Made by a program: the position numbers and the translations under genes. From Lama glama (Eukaryota), in assembly GCA_028534125.1 (NCBI GenBank), contig CM052817.1:104348001-104412000 (forward strand): DNA of 64,000 nt, given 5' to 3'. Shown one piece after another: positions 63,391-64,000 of this stretch; position 1 is the stretch's first letter; each line of letters begins with the position of its first letter. The notes beneath the pieces are model-generated. The model saw only the letters and a program-made list of their open reading frames with translations, did no database searches and was not told the origin of the DNA.

Positions 63391-64000
63391 ATCCTGTCTC
63401 ACAATCACAGACCGTGAGCACTTGGAGGATTTATTTTGAAATTAATTTTCTAGACTGCTTGAATGGAAAATGCATTATTTATTACCACTTAAATTCCTAT
63501 TACTAAATTTTCTCTTATAATACTTTACGTTTTCTTCTTTGTCACTATTTTTATCACCAATTATTTTTAATATCTGAAATATAAACTTCACTAAGACAAA
63601 TAAGTCAATAATTGTAATGTTATAATACCACTCAGGACATTTTTTTTTCTAGAGACATTCTAAATTAACATGTCTTATTAAGTCAACAAATGTATTCTTA
63701 GAAGCCATTAACCTCGGTGAGAAGATTTGCTCATTTGCCCGTTTAGAATAAGTATGGATAGAATCTCTCTAGATTTCTAGTAGTTTCTGGACCTGGAGCT
63801 GCTTTTTAGCAACCAACTCAAGACTTTGGCAATTCTGGGCACCCTTTGGCTTTTCGGTAGTGCTCCACCGCATGTGGCTGCACACCAGGGCTGCCAGATG
63901 CCACAGGTGATCCACCCATGGGTTCCTGGGGACTGATGTGGGGCGTGGAAGTGCCCTGGGACCCGTGGGTCGACATCCCTGCAGAAACAAATGGAGCAGT

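Overview
This is a non-coding, repeat-rich window of mammalian genomic DNA, very probably from a camelid. It carries five tRNA-derived SINEs matching the Vic-1 family (GGGGAGGGTATAGCTCAGTGGTAGAG...GGTTCAATCCCCAGTACC) and cetartiodactyl-type L1 3' ends. I recognise no intact protein-coding gene; the listed ORFs are chance frames or decayed transposon frames. The main structure is a decayed, pol-less class I (ERV1-type) provirus on the minus strand (about 30541-35626). It has a 5' LTR, a tRNA-Arg-type PBS, a gag N-terminal remnant, a frameshifted but readable env (CWLC motif, LQNRMAL immunosuppressive domain, TM anchor) and a truncated 3' LTR. A solo LTR and a SINE later inserted into it. Other notable items are a tailless LINE 5'-end insertion with a 17-bp target-site duplication (TSD) at 43584-43822, a possible 5'-inverted L1, several solo LTRs, and a 500-N scaffold gap (49380-49879) across which contiguity is unproven. 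Repeat family names come from my recollection of consensus sequences, not from a database search. Boundaries without TSDs are approximate. I found no convincing evidence of a new biological system; the best leads are retroelement-derived.
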